Shown here piece by piece: positions 6,259-6,280 of a stretch of 6,280 nt of DNA (positions are counted from its first letter, which is position 1; every line of letters starts with the position of its first letter). Below the pieces are notes generated by a model. The model did not search any database, was not told the DNA's origin, and saw only the letters and a program-made list of their open reading frames with translations. Both the position numbers and the translations under genes were made by a program. Source of the stretch: Candidatus Vampirococcus lugosii (GTDB taxonomy: Bacteria > Patescibacteriota > Gracilibacteria > Absconditabacterales > Absconditicoccaceae); NCBI RefSeq assembly GCF_018420025.1, contig NZ_JAEDAM010000063.1, positions 1 through 6,280 of the forward strand, written 5' to 3'.

Positions 6259-6280
6259 ATGAATACAGGTACTATCAAAT
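6259..6280 (+). CDS. Possible 5' end of a gene (MNTGTIK...) truncated by the window edge.
   Basis: An ATG at 6259 is followed by 7 open codons to the edge. A perfect TATAAT (6246-6251) lies 7 nt upstream. The stretch is far too short to judge coding potential. Confidence 0.2.

Noticed and set aside
1-6280. A search by eye for tRNA or rRNA genes, transposase or integrase genes, and terminal inverted repeats of mobile elements.
   Set aside because: I found no T-loop or anticodon-arm-like GC-rich structured segments. I found no recognisable transposase or integrase motifs in any table-25 frame I translated, and no flanking inverted repeats.

Overview
The window is very AT-rich (well above 70% A+T by eye, not computed). 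It only makes sense when TGA is read as a sense codon. Hand translation shows TGA falling on the invariant glycines of the Type I methyltransferase motifs, while Trp is always TGG. This is NCBI translation table 25 (Candidate Division SR1 / Gracilibacteria), not table 11 or table 4. The supplied standard-code ORF track therefore fragments or misses almost every real gene. Under table 25, positions 1-4208 are almost entirely coding on the minus strand, as a Type I restriction-modification operon. It contains hsdM (4208..1905, 767 aa), an 8-nt overlap into hsdS (1912..699, frameshifted), and then an unrecognised gene running off the left edge. No hsdR lies in the window. A 271-bp AT-rich divergent intergenic region (4209-4479) separates this operon from three plus-strand genes of unknown function. 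The first is a protein with six tandem acidic nonapeptide repeats and about four TM helices (4480..5043). The second is a 62-aa basic protein with its own strong terminator (5161..5349). The third is a protein of about 179 aa (5474..6012). Three genes need a 1-nt frame correction, each at a homopolymer tract, which suggests assembly error, slippage or decay. I saw no rRNA, tRNA, CRISPR array or recognisable mobile element.
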